A stretch of DNA of 64,000 nucleotides from an uncultured Spirochaetota bacterium (GCA_963845535.1 CAWJSK010000015.1:96001-160000), one strand, 5' to 3'; positions 49,307 to 59,682 are shown, numbered from the stretch's first letter. Translations and numbers: made by a program. The notes: generated by a model from the letters alone, not told the origin.

Positions 49307-49748
49307 GGACTGTCTCCCCGATGAAAGCCGTCCGCAGGGCTTCCATCGATTGCATGATTTTTCCCAGCTCCCGCTCGTCGAGTGAGGACAGGATGCCCGC
49401 CAGGCTCTTGTGGGTCTCCCGGCGCGCGTCGGTGAGCGCTCGTTTTCCCGCCGGGGTTATCTGGAGGTTCACCTTGCGGCGGTCTTCCGGTGACGGCATG
49501 CGCGTGACGAGCTCGCGCGCCTCCAGGCCATCGACGATCTTGCAGGCCGACGGCGGAGTCAGCCCCAGGTGCTCGGCCACGCCGCCCAGGGTGGTCCCGC
49601 CGGTGCGCTCGGTGAACGCGAGCGTGCGGAACTGGGGAACACTCAGGCCCAGAGCGCGGTGGCGGCGCATCTCCGTGCGGATGAACCGCGAGACGATGGG
49701 CACGACCTCCAGCAGCTCACGGGCGCACTGCTCTTCTTCCTGTGCCAT
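49293..49748 (-). CDS. MarR family regulator
   Basis: LSVPQFRTL; DRRKVNLQITPAG. Confidence 0.93.
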   Translation of the reverse strand: MAQEEEQCARELLEVVPIVSRFIRTEMRRHRALGLSVPQFRTLAFTERTGGTTLGGVAEHLGLTPPSACKIVDGLEARELVTRMPSPEDRRKVNLQITPAGKRALTDARRETHKSLAGILSSLDERELGKIMQSMEALRTAFIGETVHANT

Positions 49749-49760
49749 TTGATTCGCCTT

Positions 49761-49785
49761 TCTAATTATTAGATAATCTAAATAA
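49761..49785. promoter_or_regulatory. Overlapping AT-rich palindromes, probable MarR operator
   Basis: tctaat-t-attaga at 49761-49773 and ttagat-a-atctaa at 49769-49781. Confidence 0.6.
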
Positions 49786-49845
49786 ACGGAAGAGTCAAGC
49801 CCCTTTCCTTGATCCGCGGGCGCCCTTCATGCGTAGATATGTTCG

Positions 49846-50769
49846 ATGCCGCAGCCCGCGCTTCGGGGACTTGTAGGCCGATTCTTCGGCTTGTCCCGGA
49901 TGAGCCACTCCATCCTCGACATCCCTTACCTTGCTGTGGCGGCGCTTCTGGCAATCGGCGGGCTGCCATCCCTTCGGACCATCGCCCTGGGGCTTGTGGC
50001 GGCGTTCGCCGGCCTGACCGCGATATTCGGCCTCAACGACATGCTGGACCGCAACGTGGACGCCCAGAAGATGAAGGACCTCATCGGGAAGCCCGTTGCG
50101 TTCGACCTTGATTCGCTGGGCTTCCGCCATCCGGTGGCGCAGGGAAAGCTTTCTTTTGAAGCCGGGCTCGCGTGGGTCATTTTCTGGAGCGTCCTGTCGC
50201 TCGTCACGGCGTGGCTTGTCAGGCCGGTGTGTGCCGTGCTGCTCGTTGCCGCGGCGGGTCTGGAGGCCGCCTACTGCGGTCTTCTTCGCGTCACCCCGTT
50301 GAAGACGGTTCTCTCGGGGTGCAATGTCGCCGTCGGCGGCCTTGCCGGGCTGTACGCCGTTGCCCTGGCTCCTTCGCCCGGCCTTGTTCTTCTCTATTTT
50401 CTCTGGGCCCTTTCGTGGGAGATGGGCTGCCGCAACATGCCGAATGACTGGGTCGACTACAACGAGGACGTGGCCCTTGGAATAAAGACCATTGCCGTCC
50501 GTTTCGGTCTCTCCCGCGCCGCCAGGATCTCATTTGCCACGATGACCATCACCGTGATCTCTACGGCGCTTTTTCCAGTCATGTCGCCAATTCCCCACTG
50601 GCCTTTGTATGAGCTGGTCTCCCTGGGTGCCGCTGCCTGCCTGCTCGTCATCCCATCCATCGCGTGGCTGATGGACCTGCGAAGGACCTCAGCCCTGGTG
50701 TTTTTCAACAGGGCCTGCTTCTACCCGCTCGCCGTCTTTGCGGCCCTTGGTCTGGCAATGGCTGTTTGA
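49846..50769 (+). CDS. UbiA family prenyltransferase
   Basis: NDMLDRNVD; second Asp-rich motif NDWVDYNED...GIKT; multiple TM helices. Confidence 0.88.
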   Translation: MPQPALRGLVGRFFGLSRMSHSILDIPYLAVAALLAIGGLPSLRTIALGLVAAFAGLTAIFGLNDMLDRNVDAQKMKDLIGKPVAFDLDSLGFRHPVAQGKLSFEAGLAWVIFWSVLSLVTAWLVRPVCAVLLVAAAGLEAAYCGLLRVTPLKTVLSGCNVAVGGLAGLYAVALAPSPGLVLLYFLWALSWEMGCRNMPNDWVDYNEDVALGIKTIAVRFGLSRAARISFATMTITVISTALFPVMSPIPHWPLYELVSLGAAACLLVIPSIAWLMDLRRTSALVFFNRACFYPLAVFAALGLAMAV

Positions 50770-50856
50770 CCCGAGCAAGACGTTGGCTTGGCTGTGTAGG
50801 AGTGGCTCGATAAACAACAGGTGGACATGATAAGAGAAGCAAGTATAATTCCCATC

Positions 50857-50973
50857 ATGCTAAAAGGTGGTCATGGGTCGCAACTCGGGGCGTCCGACGA
50901 GGTATTTGACTTCCTGAAAGATCCGGCCGAATATATTTACATACTGACCGACGGGAAGCCTCTCAGTGGGTAA
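50857..50973 (+). pseudogene. 38-aa ORF resembling the C-terminus of small type II antitoxins (possible TA remnant)
   Basis: MLKGGHGSQLGASDEVFDFLKDPAEYIYILTDGKPLSG*; preceded by TGGACA-N16-TATAAT (50822-50849). Confidence 0.35.
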
Positions 50974-50996
50974 GGGGAAGGCTGTCCTTTTAGAAG

Positions 50997-51025
50997 TTGA
51001 CAAAATTGTCGTTCTATTCGATACT
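50997..51025 (+). promoter_or_regulatory. Sigma70 promoter of the NYN cassette
   Basis: TTGACA-N17-GATACT. Confidence 0.65.
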
Positions 51026-51030
51026 CCTGT

Positions 51031-51099
51031 TGAAAGCATTATTCTGGTATCTGCCCCCCGCTGGACCAGCCTTCGGGCCTCTGGCGGGGTTGTTTTTTG
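51031..51099 (+). ncRNA. Candidate leader/antitoxin RNA ending in a UUCG-capped terminator hairpin
   Basis: ccccgctgga-cca-gcc-TTCG-ggc-c-tctggcgggg at 51056-51089, then ttgttttttg, ending 11 nt before the NYN ATG. Confidence 0.5.
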
Positions 51100-51110
51100 T
51101 AGGGCAGCAC

Positions 51111-51746
51111 ATGCCAGCTGAGCCGACGACAAAACGTGCTATCGCCTTCTTCGACGGTCAGAACCTATTTTATGCGGCCAAAGAGGCTTTCGGCTATTCA
51201 TATCCCAACTATGACCCGAAACTCTTGGCAGAAAGAATTTGCGCCTCCGAAGGCTGGACGGTGGCCGGCATTCACTTTTACACGGGAGTCCCATCCCCCG
51301 GTGACAAGCCCGACTGGAACTACTTCTGGACGGCGAAGATGGCCGTTATGGGGACCCGAGGAATCCAGACCTTCTCACGATTTCTCCGCTACCGAAATCA
51401 GACAGTCTCTCTTCCTGACGGCACTCCTGCCGTGACCCTGGTAGGGCAGGAGAAGGGTGTCGACGTGCGCATTGCTCTGGACATCGTTCGATTCGCTCTT
51501 GATGGCAAGTACGACGTCGCTCTGATCTTCAGCCAGGATCAAGACCTCTCGGAAGCTGTCGAGGATGTGAAAAAGATCTCTGTTCTTCAAAACCGCTGGA
51601 TCAAGCCGGCCTGCGCCTTCCCGGCGAGCCCTACAGTCCCGAAGACTCGTGGCGTCAATGGAACGGAATGGATCCGCATCGATCGCGCCACATATGACGC
51701 TTGCATCGATCCGAATGACTACAGGCCGAAGAGGGTGCATCGGTGA
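51111..51746 (+). CDS. NYN domain (LabA/DUF88, PIN-like) ribonuclease
   Basis: FFDGQNL; EKGVDVRIALD; IFSQDQDL acidic catalytic set. Confidence 0.92.
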   Translation: MPAEPTTKRAIAFFDGQNLFYAAKEAFGYSYPNYDPKLLAERICASEGWTVAGIHFYTGVPSPGDKPDWNYFWTAKMAVMGTRGIQTFSRFLRYRNQTVSLPDGTPAVTLVGQEKGVDVRIALDIVRFALDGKYDVALIFSQDQDLSEAVEDVKKISVLQNRWIKPACAFPASPTVPKTRGVNGTEWIRIDRATYDACIDPNDYRPKRVHR

Positions 51747-51888
51747 GCGCCGATCACGGGATTGAGGCGGAATATATGGCATTCATGCGCGAGTCGGCAC
51801 TCGCCGACGAGCAGAAAGTAGTCTCCAGGCTCATGCGGCACTTGCGCTTTGTGGATCAAGTCTCGAAAAACGATAGTCCGGCCCTCAT

Positions 51889-54224
51889 ATGAAGCAGATC
51901 ACGGAAGAGTCCATTGCCCTCCTTGCCGTCCCGCGGCAGGAAATAATCGACAGGATCGCTCGGGACCTGGACGTTAAGCCCTCCCAGGTTTCAGCGGTGG
52001 ATGGCCTCGTCAACGAAGGGTGCACGGTCCCCTTCATTGCGCGCTATCGCAAGGAGAAGACGGGGAGTCTGGACGAGGTCCAGGTCCGCGAGATTTCTCG
52101 CCGGGTGGTCTCCTACACCAACCTGGAGACGCGTCGGAATGAGACCATTCGAGGCATCTTTTCCCAGGGGAAGCTTGATGAAGAGCTTTTGGGAAATCTT
52201 CGCAAATGTTCGACGCTGTCGGAGTTGGAAGACATCTACGCGCCGTTCAAGAAGAAGAAAAAGACCCGGGGCATGATTGCGCGGGAAAAGGGCCTCGAGC
52301 CGCTTGCCGAGATCATGCGCACACAGGGGGAAGCGAGCGTCCTTTCCCGGGCCCCGGAGTTCGTGCACGTGGATGAGGAGAACGCCGAGCTTTCCGTGTC
52401 CAGTCCGCAGGAGGCGCTGCAGGGCGCAATGGATATTCTTGCTGACAGCGTGGCGCAGGATCCGGACAATCGCGCGGTTGTCAAATCGCTCTACGTTCGC
52501 AGCGGACGGGTTGTCGTCAAAGGTATTGGAGACGACGAAAAGAAGGCGCAATCCGTCTACCAGATGTACTGGAGCTACTCAGAACCTTTGTCCACCCTCA
52601 GGGCGCATCGCGTGCTGGCCATAAATCGTGGCGAACGCGAAGGGGCGCTGGAGGTGAAAATCGAAGTGGATGAAGAGGCCGCATGCGCGCTCCTGCGCGC
52701 GCGTATCGAGCCGAAGAACAGGTTCCACGGGGAGGCCATTGATGACGGCCTGCGCCGACTGCTTTCGCCGGCGGTGCTGCGTGAGGTCCGCGTGGATGCC
52801 GGAAGCAGCGCGGACGAGCACGGCCGGAGCGTGTTCAGTGAGAATCTGAAGAACCTCCTCATGTCGCCGCCGCTTTCGGGGACACGGGTCCTGGGCATGG
52901 ACCCGGGCATCCGCACAGGAACCAAGTGTGCGGCCATGGATGAAACAGGAAAGCTCCTGGGCCACTTCGTCTTCAATCAAGAGCGCGATCCGGAGGGCGC
53001 CAAAAAGGCCATTACGGCGGCCGTGGAAAAGTACATGGTGCAGCTCATCGCCGTTGGCAACGGTACCGCAAGCCAGCAGGTCCAGGCCGTGGTGGCCCAG
53101 GCCATTGCTGAAAGCTCCCGTGACGTGAAGTTTACGGTGGTGGACGAGGATGGCGCATCAGTGTATTCGGCAAGCGATGTGGCCCGGGAAGAGTTTCCCG
53201 ATCTGGACCTGACCGTCCGCGGGGCCATCAGCATTGGCCGGCGGCTTCAGGACCCTCTTGCGGAGCTGGTCAAGATCGACCCGAAATCCATCGGGGTAGG
53301 CCTGTATCAGCATGACCTCAACCAGAAGAAACTCTCGGAGTCACTGGACGAGGTGGTGGAATCCGTCGTGAACAGGGTCGGTGTCAGCATCAACACCGCT
53401 TCGGCGTCGCTTCTCAAGTACGTCTCTGGCGTGAATGCGACGCTTTCCAGGAAGATCGTCCAATTCCGTGAGGAGTCAGGGAAGATTCTTTCCCGTGACC
53501 AGCTCCGCAAGATTCCCGGCATGGGTCCCAAGACTTTCGAACAATGCGCAGGGTTCCTCAAGATTCCGGAGAGCCCGAACCCGCTGGACAATACCTGGGT
53601 GCATCCGGAGAACTACACGCTCGCGGCGGAGATCCTTCCCATGGTGAAGTCCGGCGCGGGCCTTTCTGATGAGAAACGCGCGGATCTTCAATCCCGGTTC
53701 GGCGTCGGAACGACTACTCTCACGGATATCATCAGCGAGCTGGCAAAGCCCAACCGTGATCCTCGGGAGGAATACCCGAAGCCCATCCTCCAGCAGGGAG
53801 TGCTTGCGTTCGAGGACCTCTCCGAGGGCATGCGCGTCACTGGCAAGGTGAAGAATGTGGTGGACTTCGGCGCTTTCGTGGACATCGGGATCAAGGAAAC
53901 GGGCCTTCTTCATATCTCGGAGATGAGCACACGCTTCATTGAGGACCCGATGGAGCTCCTCAAGGTGGGGGATGTCAAGGAGTTTCGGATCATCGGTCTT
54001 GATGTGACGCGGCGCCGCATCAGCTTGAGCCTCAAGCCTCCGGCATCGCCCACGCAGGAGAAGCAGGAAGCGGCGGCCGGCTCGGAAACGCCGCGGCCTC
54101 CAAAGGCCATGAAGCCCCGGAAGTCTCCAGGCGGCAAACCGAGCCCGGCAGCCGAGCCGGCGGGCACGGTGATGGCACAGTCTACAATCCTTTCGCCGAT
54201 CTGCTGCGCAAGAAGGAAGAATAG
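51889..54224 (+). CDS. tex: Tex-like S1 RNA-binding transcription accessory protein; probable frameshift in the low-complexity tail (about 54120-54165)
   Basis: TVPFIARYRKE; DPGIRTG; SIGRRLQDPLAELVK; S1 NVVDFGAFVDIG; alternative frame ends DGTVYNPFADLLRKKEE* at 54224, just before the next gene. Confidence 0.92.
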
Positions 54225-54241
54225 GGCATACTCAAGCCGTC

Positions 54242-55057
54242 ATGGCGGCTACACAGTTCGACCTTTCGGGCAGAGTTGCCCTGGTGACGGGGGCCAGCAG
54301 GGGCCTTGGCCAGTACTTCGGCCGCGCACTGGCGCGCGCTGGCGCGGACCTCATCATCACGAGCAGGCATGTCTCCGCGCTCGAGGATTTTCGCGCGGAG
54401 ATCGAGGCGCTGGGGCGCACGGCAATCCCGCTGGAGCTCGACGTGCGTGACCATGACAGCATCCAGCGCATGGCCGCCTCCGCGAAGAACGTCTTCGGCA
54501 AGGTCGACATCCTCGTCAACAATGCGGGCTGCAACGTGAGAAAGCGCGCGCTGGAGGTGACGTGGGATGATTGGAACCTCATCCTGGAGACCAACCTGAG
54601 AGGATCATTCTTCGTGGCCCAGGCCGTTGCGCGGATCATGATAGAGCGGCGCTACGGCCGCATCATCAACATAGGCTCTGAAACCTCAGTAGCGGGCTAC
54701 GCAGGTCTTGCTCCGTACGGCGCGAGCCGCGGCGGGGTCAAGCAGATGACCATGAGCCTTGCGCACGACTGGGGCGAATACGGGATAACAGTCAACTGTC
54801 TGGCGCCGGGCTGGTTCAAAACCGTCCAGAACGCCGTGATGTACCAGGATGCCGGATGGGTGGAGTACCTCTCCGAGCGGATCCCCCTTGGGCGTCCCGG
54901 CGCGCCGAATGACCTGGACGGCGCGGTGGTCTTCCTTGCCTCCGAAGAGAGCCGGTATGTGACGGGGCAGACACTCCTGGTGGACGGCGGAATTTCCGTT
55001 GGCGCGCTCAGGGCGCTGCCGAATAGACCGCAATCTCCTCCGTCGACTGGTTCGTAG
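54242..55057 (+). CDS. SDR oxidoreductase (gluconate 5-dehydrogenase/KduD-like)
   Basis: TGASRGLG; NNAG; YGASR at the YxxxK position; TGQTLLVDGG. Confidence 0.9.
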   Translation: MAATQFDLSGRVALVTGASRGLGQYFGRALARAGADLIITSRHVSALEDFRAEIEALGRTAIPLELDVRDHDSIQRMAASAKNVFGKVDILVNNAGCNVRKRALEVTWDDWNLILETNLRGSFFVAQAVARIMIERRYGRIINIGSETSVAGYAGLAPYGASRGGVKQMTMSLAHDWGEYGITVNCLAPGWFKTVQNAVMYQDAGWVEYLSERIPLGRPGAPNDLDGAVVFLASEESRYVTGQTLLVDGGISVGALRALPNRPQSPPSTGS

Positions 55058-56051
55058 AAAAGACGAGCTCCTCGCCGCGGCTGCGCAGGATCAGCATGTT
55101 CGCAGCGCCCACTCCGGAGTCGATGACCGTCCGGGATGGCTGGCCAAGCCTGATTGCGCGCGCAGGACCGCCTTGCGGGAACTGGAAAGCGAGCAGCTCA
55201 CGCGCGCCGGCCCGGTTGCTGACCAGGATTGTGGGGGCGCCAACCAGGCTCCCTGCCAGCAGGCCGTGGCCGAATGATAGCTCACCCTCCCAGGCAATTT
55301 CCCACTTTGCCGCAGCCTGCTTGTACACTCGCAGCGCGTCCCCGTGGAAAGGCTCGATCGTAACGAGCTCGTCCTCTCCGTCGCCATCGACGTCAGAAAC
55401 GGCAATCTCGCTCACCTCTTTTTCAATGATCGGGGAAAACGCCCACGCTGCGTCTTGACGTTCGAGGTCCGCCGCGAACAACCCCTCTGTCCCGGAGATG
55501 AGAAGCGATTTACAACCCTGGAAACCCGTGACAAGAAGCCCATGATTGCGGTGGATCCCCTCCAGAATCGGGAAGAGCAGCCAGCCCTCGCCGCCTGCCT
55601 CGGCATCGCGGCCGCATAGACGCTCCCCGGTTTGGACCAGTCTGACGGGTCGCTTTTGTCAGCCGCGAGGGACGCGGCCACCAGATAGCGGGTGCCCGCC
55701 GCGCGTTACGAAGTCGATCCGATGGGCAAAGGGCAACCCGATGATCTTTGCGGAGACCCAGCGCCCCGCTTCCCGCCGGAGGCGGTAAATGGCTCCGGTC
55801 TGGAACTTGTAGCCGGGGAAGCACCCCATGATTGCATACAATTCCCCGGGCTGCCCAGGGCCCGCAACGAGGGCCATGCATCCGCCCGGGCCGGGGGCAA
55901 TTCCCACGGCCTCTTCATAGGGCGGGGCGGCAAGCAGGATGGGGCCATGGTCCTCCGTGGAGCTGACCACGCAGGGAGCGCCATCCAGCATGACGACGCC
56001 GAGCGGGTAGGGCGCCTTCAACGTTGCAAGGACACGCTTGGTGAGCTTCAT
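55008..56051 (-). pseudogene. Hypothetical FG-GAP/VCBS-like beta-propeller protein with two compensating frameshifts (about 55695 and 55590)
   Basis: MKLTKRVL...LPFAHRIDF / LVAASL...DWSKPG / HRNHG...DVDGDGEDELVTIEPFHG. Confidence 0.6.
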
Positions 56052-56173
56052 CCGAGAATCGTGCACGGAAGAAGCGCCCCGCGGCAAGGGACCGGGACGG
56101 GCGGGGGAGCCACGGCGAGGGTGAAAGGGAGCGAGTGGCGCGCATAAGTTTCCATGAGTATGATAGTAGAGAC

Positions 56174-57046
56174 ATGGCCGAAGAAGCAGGTTTCGTTGGG
56201 CTCGGCGTTATGGGCGGCGCAATGGCGGCGAATCTAGCCAGAGGATATCGTGTTGCCGGCTTTGACGTGGACGCGTCGCGGTTTCGCGGGCTCGCAGGGG
56301 TGACCCAGGCGAAGTCCCTGGAGGAGCTTGCCAGGCGCTCCACGGTGATCTGCCTTTCCCTTCCGGATGCGAAAGTCGTGGAGCAGGTAACACTCGGAGA
56401 CGGCGGGCTGGTTCACTGCCTGGCGGAAGGCTCGCTGGTCATAGACCTGAGCACAAGCATGCCGGCCGTGTCGCGCCGGATTGCCGCGCGCCTGGCAGAG
56501 AAGCGCGTCCAGTTTGCCGACGCTCCGGTGAGCGGAGGGGAAGCGGGTGCCAAGGCAGCCACCCTTGCCATCATGGTGGGCGCGGATGCCGCCACCTTCG
56601 AGCGGTGCAAGCCCATCCTGTCCGCCATGGGCAAGACCGTTGTCCGCGTCGGGGATCCAGGGGCCGGCAACGTGGCGAAGCTCGTCAACAACATGATCGT
56701 GGCTTCCGCGTTCGCCGTGATTGCGGAAGGGTTCGCGCTTGCCGCAGAGAATAAGGTGGACCTTCAGCTCCTGTATGAAGCAATCCGCGAGGGATGGGCC
56801 GGCTCCAAGGTGCTGGACACGAGCGTGCCCGCCATGGTGGCCCGTGACTACACCCCGGGCGGGACCGTCAACATGATGGAGAAGGACCTCGGGTACGCAC
56901 GTTCCCTGGCCGCGGAGAGCCGCGTCCCCATTCCCATGACGGCCGCCGCGCATGAGGTGTTTGTTGCCGGCCAGGCCGCGGGCAAGGGGCCGCAGTCCCA
57001 ACCCGTCATCATTGAGCTGTGGCGCGAGAGAAGGGGACAAACGTGA
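56174..57046 (+). CDS. Beta-hydroxyacid dehydrogenase (2-hydroxy-3-oxopropionate reductase/3-hydroxyisobutyrate DH family)
   Basis: GFVGLGVMG; DAPVSGG; AKLVNN; KDL. Confidence 0.92.
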   Translation: MAEEAGFVGLGVMGGAMAANLARGYRVAGFDVDASRFRGLAGVTQAKSLEELARRSTVICLSLPDAKVVEQVTLGDGGLVHCLAEGSLVIDLSTSMPAVSRRIAARLAEKRVQFADAPVSGGEAGAKAATLAIMVGADAATFERCKPILSAMGKTVVRVGDPGAGNVAKLVNNMIVASAFAVIAEGFALAAENKVDLQLLYEAIREGWAGSKVLDTSVPAMVARDYTPGGTVNMMEKDLGYARSLAAESRVPIPMTAAAHEVFVAGQAAGKGPQSQPVIIELWRERRGQT

Positions 57047-57495
57047 CCATCGCGCTGGGCGCGGACGACGCCGCCTACGAGCTCAAGGAGCTCATCAAGC
57101 GGCACCTGGAAGAGCTGCACGTCGAAGTCACGGACTACGGCGTTTTCGACACGCGCCCGTCCCTGTACCCTGACATCGCGTTCGCCGTGGCGGTAGCGAT
57201 CTCGGAGGGCAAGCACGAGCGCGGCATCCTCATGTGCGGGACGGGCCTTGGCATGGCCATTACCGCGAACAAGGTTCCCGGTGTGCGAGCCGCAACCTGC
57301 CATGACACGTATTCGGCCGAGCGGGCGCGAAAGAGCAACAACGCGCAGATCCTCACCATGGGGGCACGGGTCATAGGACCCGAGCTGGCAAAGACTGTGG
57401 TGGACGCGTGGCTGAAGTCCGAGTTCCAGGGCGGAGGCTCCACGGCGAAGGTGGAGCGCATCTCGGAGTATGAGAAGAGGTTCCTGAAAAAGTAG
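57043..57495 (+). CDS. rpiB: Ribose-5-phosphate isomerase B family (RpiB/DerI)
   Basis: IALGADD; MCGTGLG; ANKVPGVRAA; SNNAQILTMGARVIG. Confidence 0.92.
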   Translation: MTIALGADDAAYELKELIKRHLEELHVEVTDYGVFDTRPSLYPDIAFAVAVAISEGKHERGILMCGTGLGMAITANKVPGVRAATCHDTYSAERARKSNNAQILTMGARVIGPELAKTVVDAWLKSEFQGGGSTAKVERISEYEKRFLKK

Positions 57496-57515
57496 CGCGA
57501 CGCGGCTCAGCGCAG

Positions 57516-57962
57516 CTATGGACGGGAAGACACTTGCGTCAAAGCGTGGCTTGCCGCATCACGCACGTCGGCACTCTTGTCTTTGCATGCATCTTGGAGG
57601 GCCGGGAAAGCGCTTTTCCCACCAACAGCGCTCAGGCCCCAGGCAGCGTTCGTGCGAAGTCTTTCATCAGGGTCTTTCAGGGCACCAGTCAAGGCGCTTA
57701 CAGCAGCGTCACGATATTGGACATTTGTAATACGTGAGCCAATCTTGTAGATGACCCAAGCCGAAATACGGCGAGCGCCTCTATTCTTGTCGGTACAAGC
57801 CTGCTTGATGACATCCAGAAGATAGGGAACAGCTTCTTGGCTGGCGTTGTACAGGGCCGCTTCTGCTTGCGACCGCTGGTTCCAGTCGTCGTTGAGCAAA
57901 TCCTCTACAAGCTGCTTTTCATTTGCCACTTCGGTCTCCTTTTTTAGTACTTCTTTTTGCAT
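57516..57962 (-). CDS. HEAT-repeat protein
   Basis: LKDPDERLRTNAAWGL; DKSADVRDAASHAL. Confidence 0.8.
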   Translation of the reverse strand: MQKEVLKKETEVANEKQLVEDLLNDDWNQRSQAEAALYNASQEAVPYLLDVIKQACTDKNRGARRISAWVIYKIGSRITNVQYRDAAVSALTGALKDPDERLRTNAAWGLSAVGGKSAFPALQDACKDKSADVRDAASHALTQVSSRP

Positions 57963-58016
57963 GACCCATACGAGCCCAACGCAAAGAAAGCGTTTTCAGG
58001 CCGGTGTTTCCTCCTT

Positions 58017-58682
58017 TCATAGTCTCCCTCGGATGTCGAACACAATCATCAACCGTTGATCATCGGTAGACGCGGGCGGATTCGGACTGTTGAAATCGTT
58101 CACATTCGCCGGCGAATACAGGTAGCGAATCTGGATCCCCCAGGAGTCACGGGAATGGTTGAAGGGGAAGTGCACTCCCGCGGATGCGTACGCACCCCAT
58201 CCAAATGTCCAGCGGGCGGAGTAATCCACGGCATCAATTCCGAGCTCCATTTCCCCCTGCCTGAAAACCCCACCCCCAAGGTTGAGCACCACCGAGTCGC
58301 CGAAGGACGAGGTAATGCGCGGTCCGAGCAAGATGGCGAGATACAATCCACCCCACGGAGTTTCCGTGCTCGTGTTGCCATAGCTGTCTTGCACGAGAAC
58401 CGGCATCTTCATAGCATCCGTCATTCCCGTTAACCCGCATATGGCCGTACTCTCAAGGCCGATATGGGAAATGATGTTGTACGCGGCGGAGAGCTCCACC
58501 TCGCCCCCATCTGTCCACACCGTCGTAATACCACCCATGGCATGGATGTACCCCGCACCGAGAGAGCCCTCGAAGCCGGGCTTGGACCATTCATCGCGAG
58601 CTTGCGCCGAAATGACTGCATGAGATAGAAGAAAGATTACCAGGGTGCACATGACCAGGGATGCCACTTTGCGCATGATCAC
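58017..58682 (-). CDS. Secreted protein, probable outer-membrane beta-barrel
   Basis: Signal peptide; alternating Gly/aromatic beta-strands; start 58682 or 58676. Confidence 0.55.
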   Translation of the reverse strand: MIMRKVASLVMCTLVIFLLSHAVISAQARDEWSKPGFEGSLGAGYIHAMGGITTVWTDGGEVELSAAYNIISHIGLESTAICGLTGMTDAMKMPVLVQDSYGNTSTETPWGGLYLAILLGPRITSSFGDSVVLNLGGGVFRQGEMELGIDAVDYSARWTFGWGAYASAGVHFPFNHSRDSWGIQIRYLYSPANVNDFNSPNPPASTDDQRLMIVFDIRGRL

Positions 58683-58803
58683 ATCCTTATTTTGACGATT
58701 CGTGGATTCGGAATGCGGGCATCCTATCCCAACCTTGAGTGTAGGACAAGCTCAGAAAACGACAGGTGCCTGTTGGCCGTTACAGGCGTATAGTACGACG
58801 ATT

Positions 58804-59577
58804 TCATCGCCCACCGGCCTGCCCAGCGGGACAGCGTTCTTGGCACTGGGCGAGTGCTTTACCGTATGACGATTTCAACCAGCCCTTCTCCGCCCAATAG
58901 CGATGCTCGAACTCCGTATGGTTGGATCCGTATTCCTGACTTGCGCGGTGGCTGCGGCGCGCGTGGTGCTTCATTATTTCAAAACAGATGATGTTGAAAA
59001 GCCTGGGCCTGATGCGCCTCCTCCCTTCCAAAATTGCTGCCACTTTTCCAGCAAGGGGAAGGAACTTGCTCTTGCAGTGCGCACGGTCCGGAAAGCACCC
59101 GGGCTGTTGGCCAATTCCGCGCACGTGCCCCACGACAATGCAGCCCATCATCGAGATTACTCCAGAAAGATACCTTTGAGTGGACCGCAGACCATCACCC
59201 CCCGTTGTGATCGCGGTTAAAGCCGGCTTTCCCAGCAGCCCGACCAGGTGTATCCACATGAAGGTCCGATCGAAAAACGCCTTCATCTGGGCAGAGATAT
59301 GCTGCTCATAGACGGGTGTCCCGAAGATCAGCAGGTCGGCTTCAAGGACCTTCTGTCGAAGCTCCGCCAGCGAGTCGTCTCTCCTGATGCACTTCCCTGT
59401 TCTCATGCATGCCCAGCAGCCATGGCAGAAATCGACCCGATTCTCACCAAGGGAAATCAGCTCCCATTCGACGTCAGCAGAGATCGTCGTCACTGATTCA
59501 AGAAAGTCCCTCGTCATCGTTGCAGTGTTGGACTTTGCATTGTTGGGGCTTCCGATTAAAGCCAGGATCTTTTTCAC
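58804..59577 (-). CDS. Flavodoxin-family (iron-sulfur flavoprotein/NADPH-dependent FMN reductase) protein
   Basis: IGSP...SNT; CHGCWACMRTGKC; GTPVY; KAFFDR. Confidence 0.9.
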   Translation of the reverse strand: MKKILALIGSPNNAKSNTATMTRDFLESVTTISADVEWELISLGENRVDFCHGCWACMRTGKCIRRDDSLAELRQKVLEADLLIFGTPVYEQHISAQMKAFFDRTFMWIHLVGLLGKPALTAITTGGDGLRSTQRYLSGVISMMGCIVVGHVRGIGQQPGCFPDRAHCKSKFLPLAGKVAAILEGRRRIRPRLFNIICFEIMKHHARRSHRASQEYGSNHTEFEHRYWAEKGWLKSSYGKALAQCQERCPAGQAGGR

Positions 59578-59604
59578 CCATTCCTTCTTTCAGGAACAAA
59601 ACAT

Positions 59605-59669
59605 GAGCTATAGCTCGTATTCTAGTACACCCACGGACGGGTGTTTGTCAACAAGGAGAGCTGTAGCTC
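59605..59669. promoter_or_regulatory. Two palindromic TetR-type operators GAGCT(A/G)TAGCTC
   Basis: gagctatagctc at 59605-59616 and gagctgtagctc at 59658-59669, between divergent genes. Confidence 0.7.
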
Positions 59670-59682
59670 ATATTTGGCAGGA

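Noticed and set aside
54225..54450. Tex C-terminal extension overlapping the SDR gene
   Set aside because: Better explained by a frameshift; the alternative frame ends cleanly at 54224
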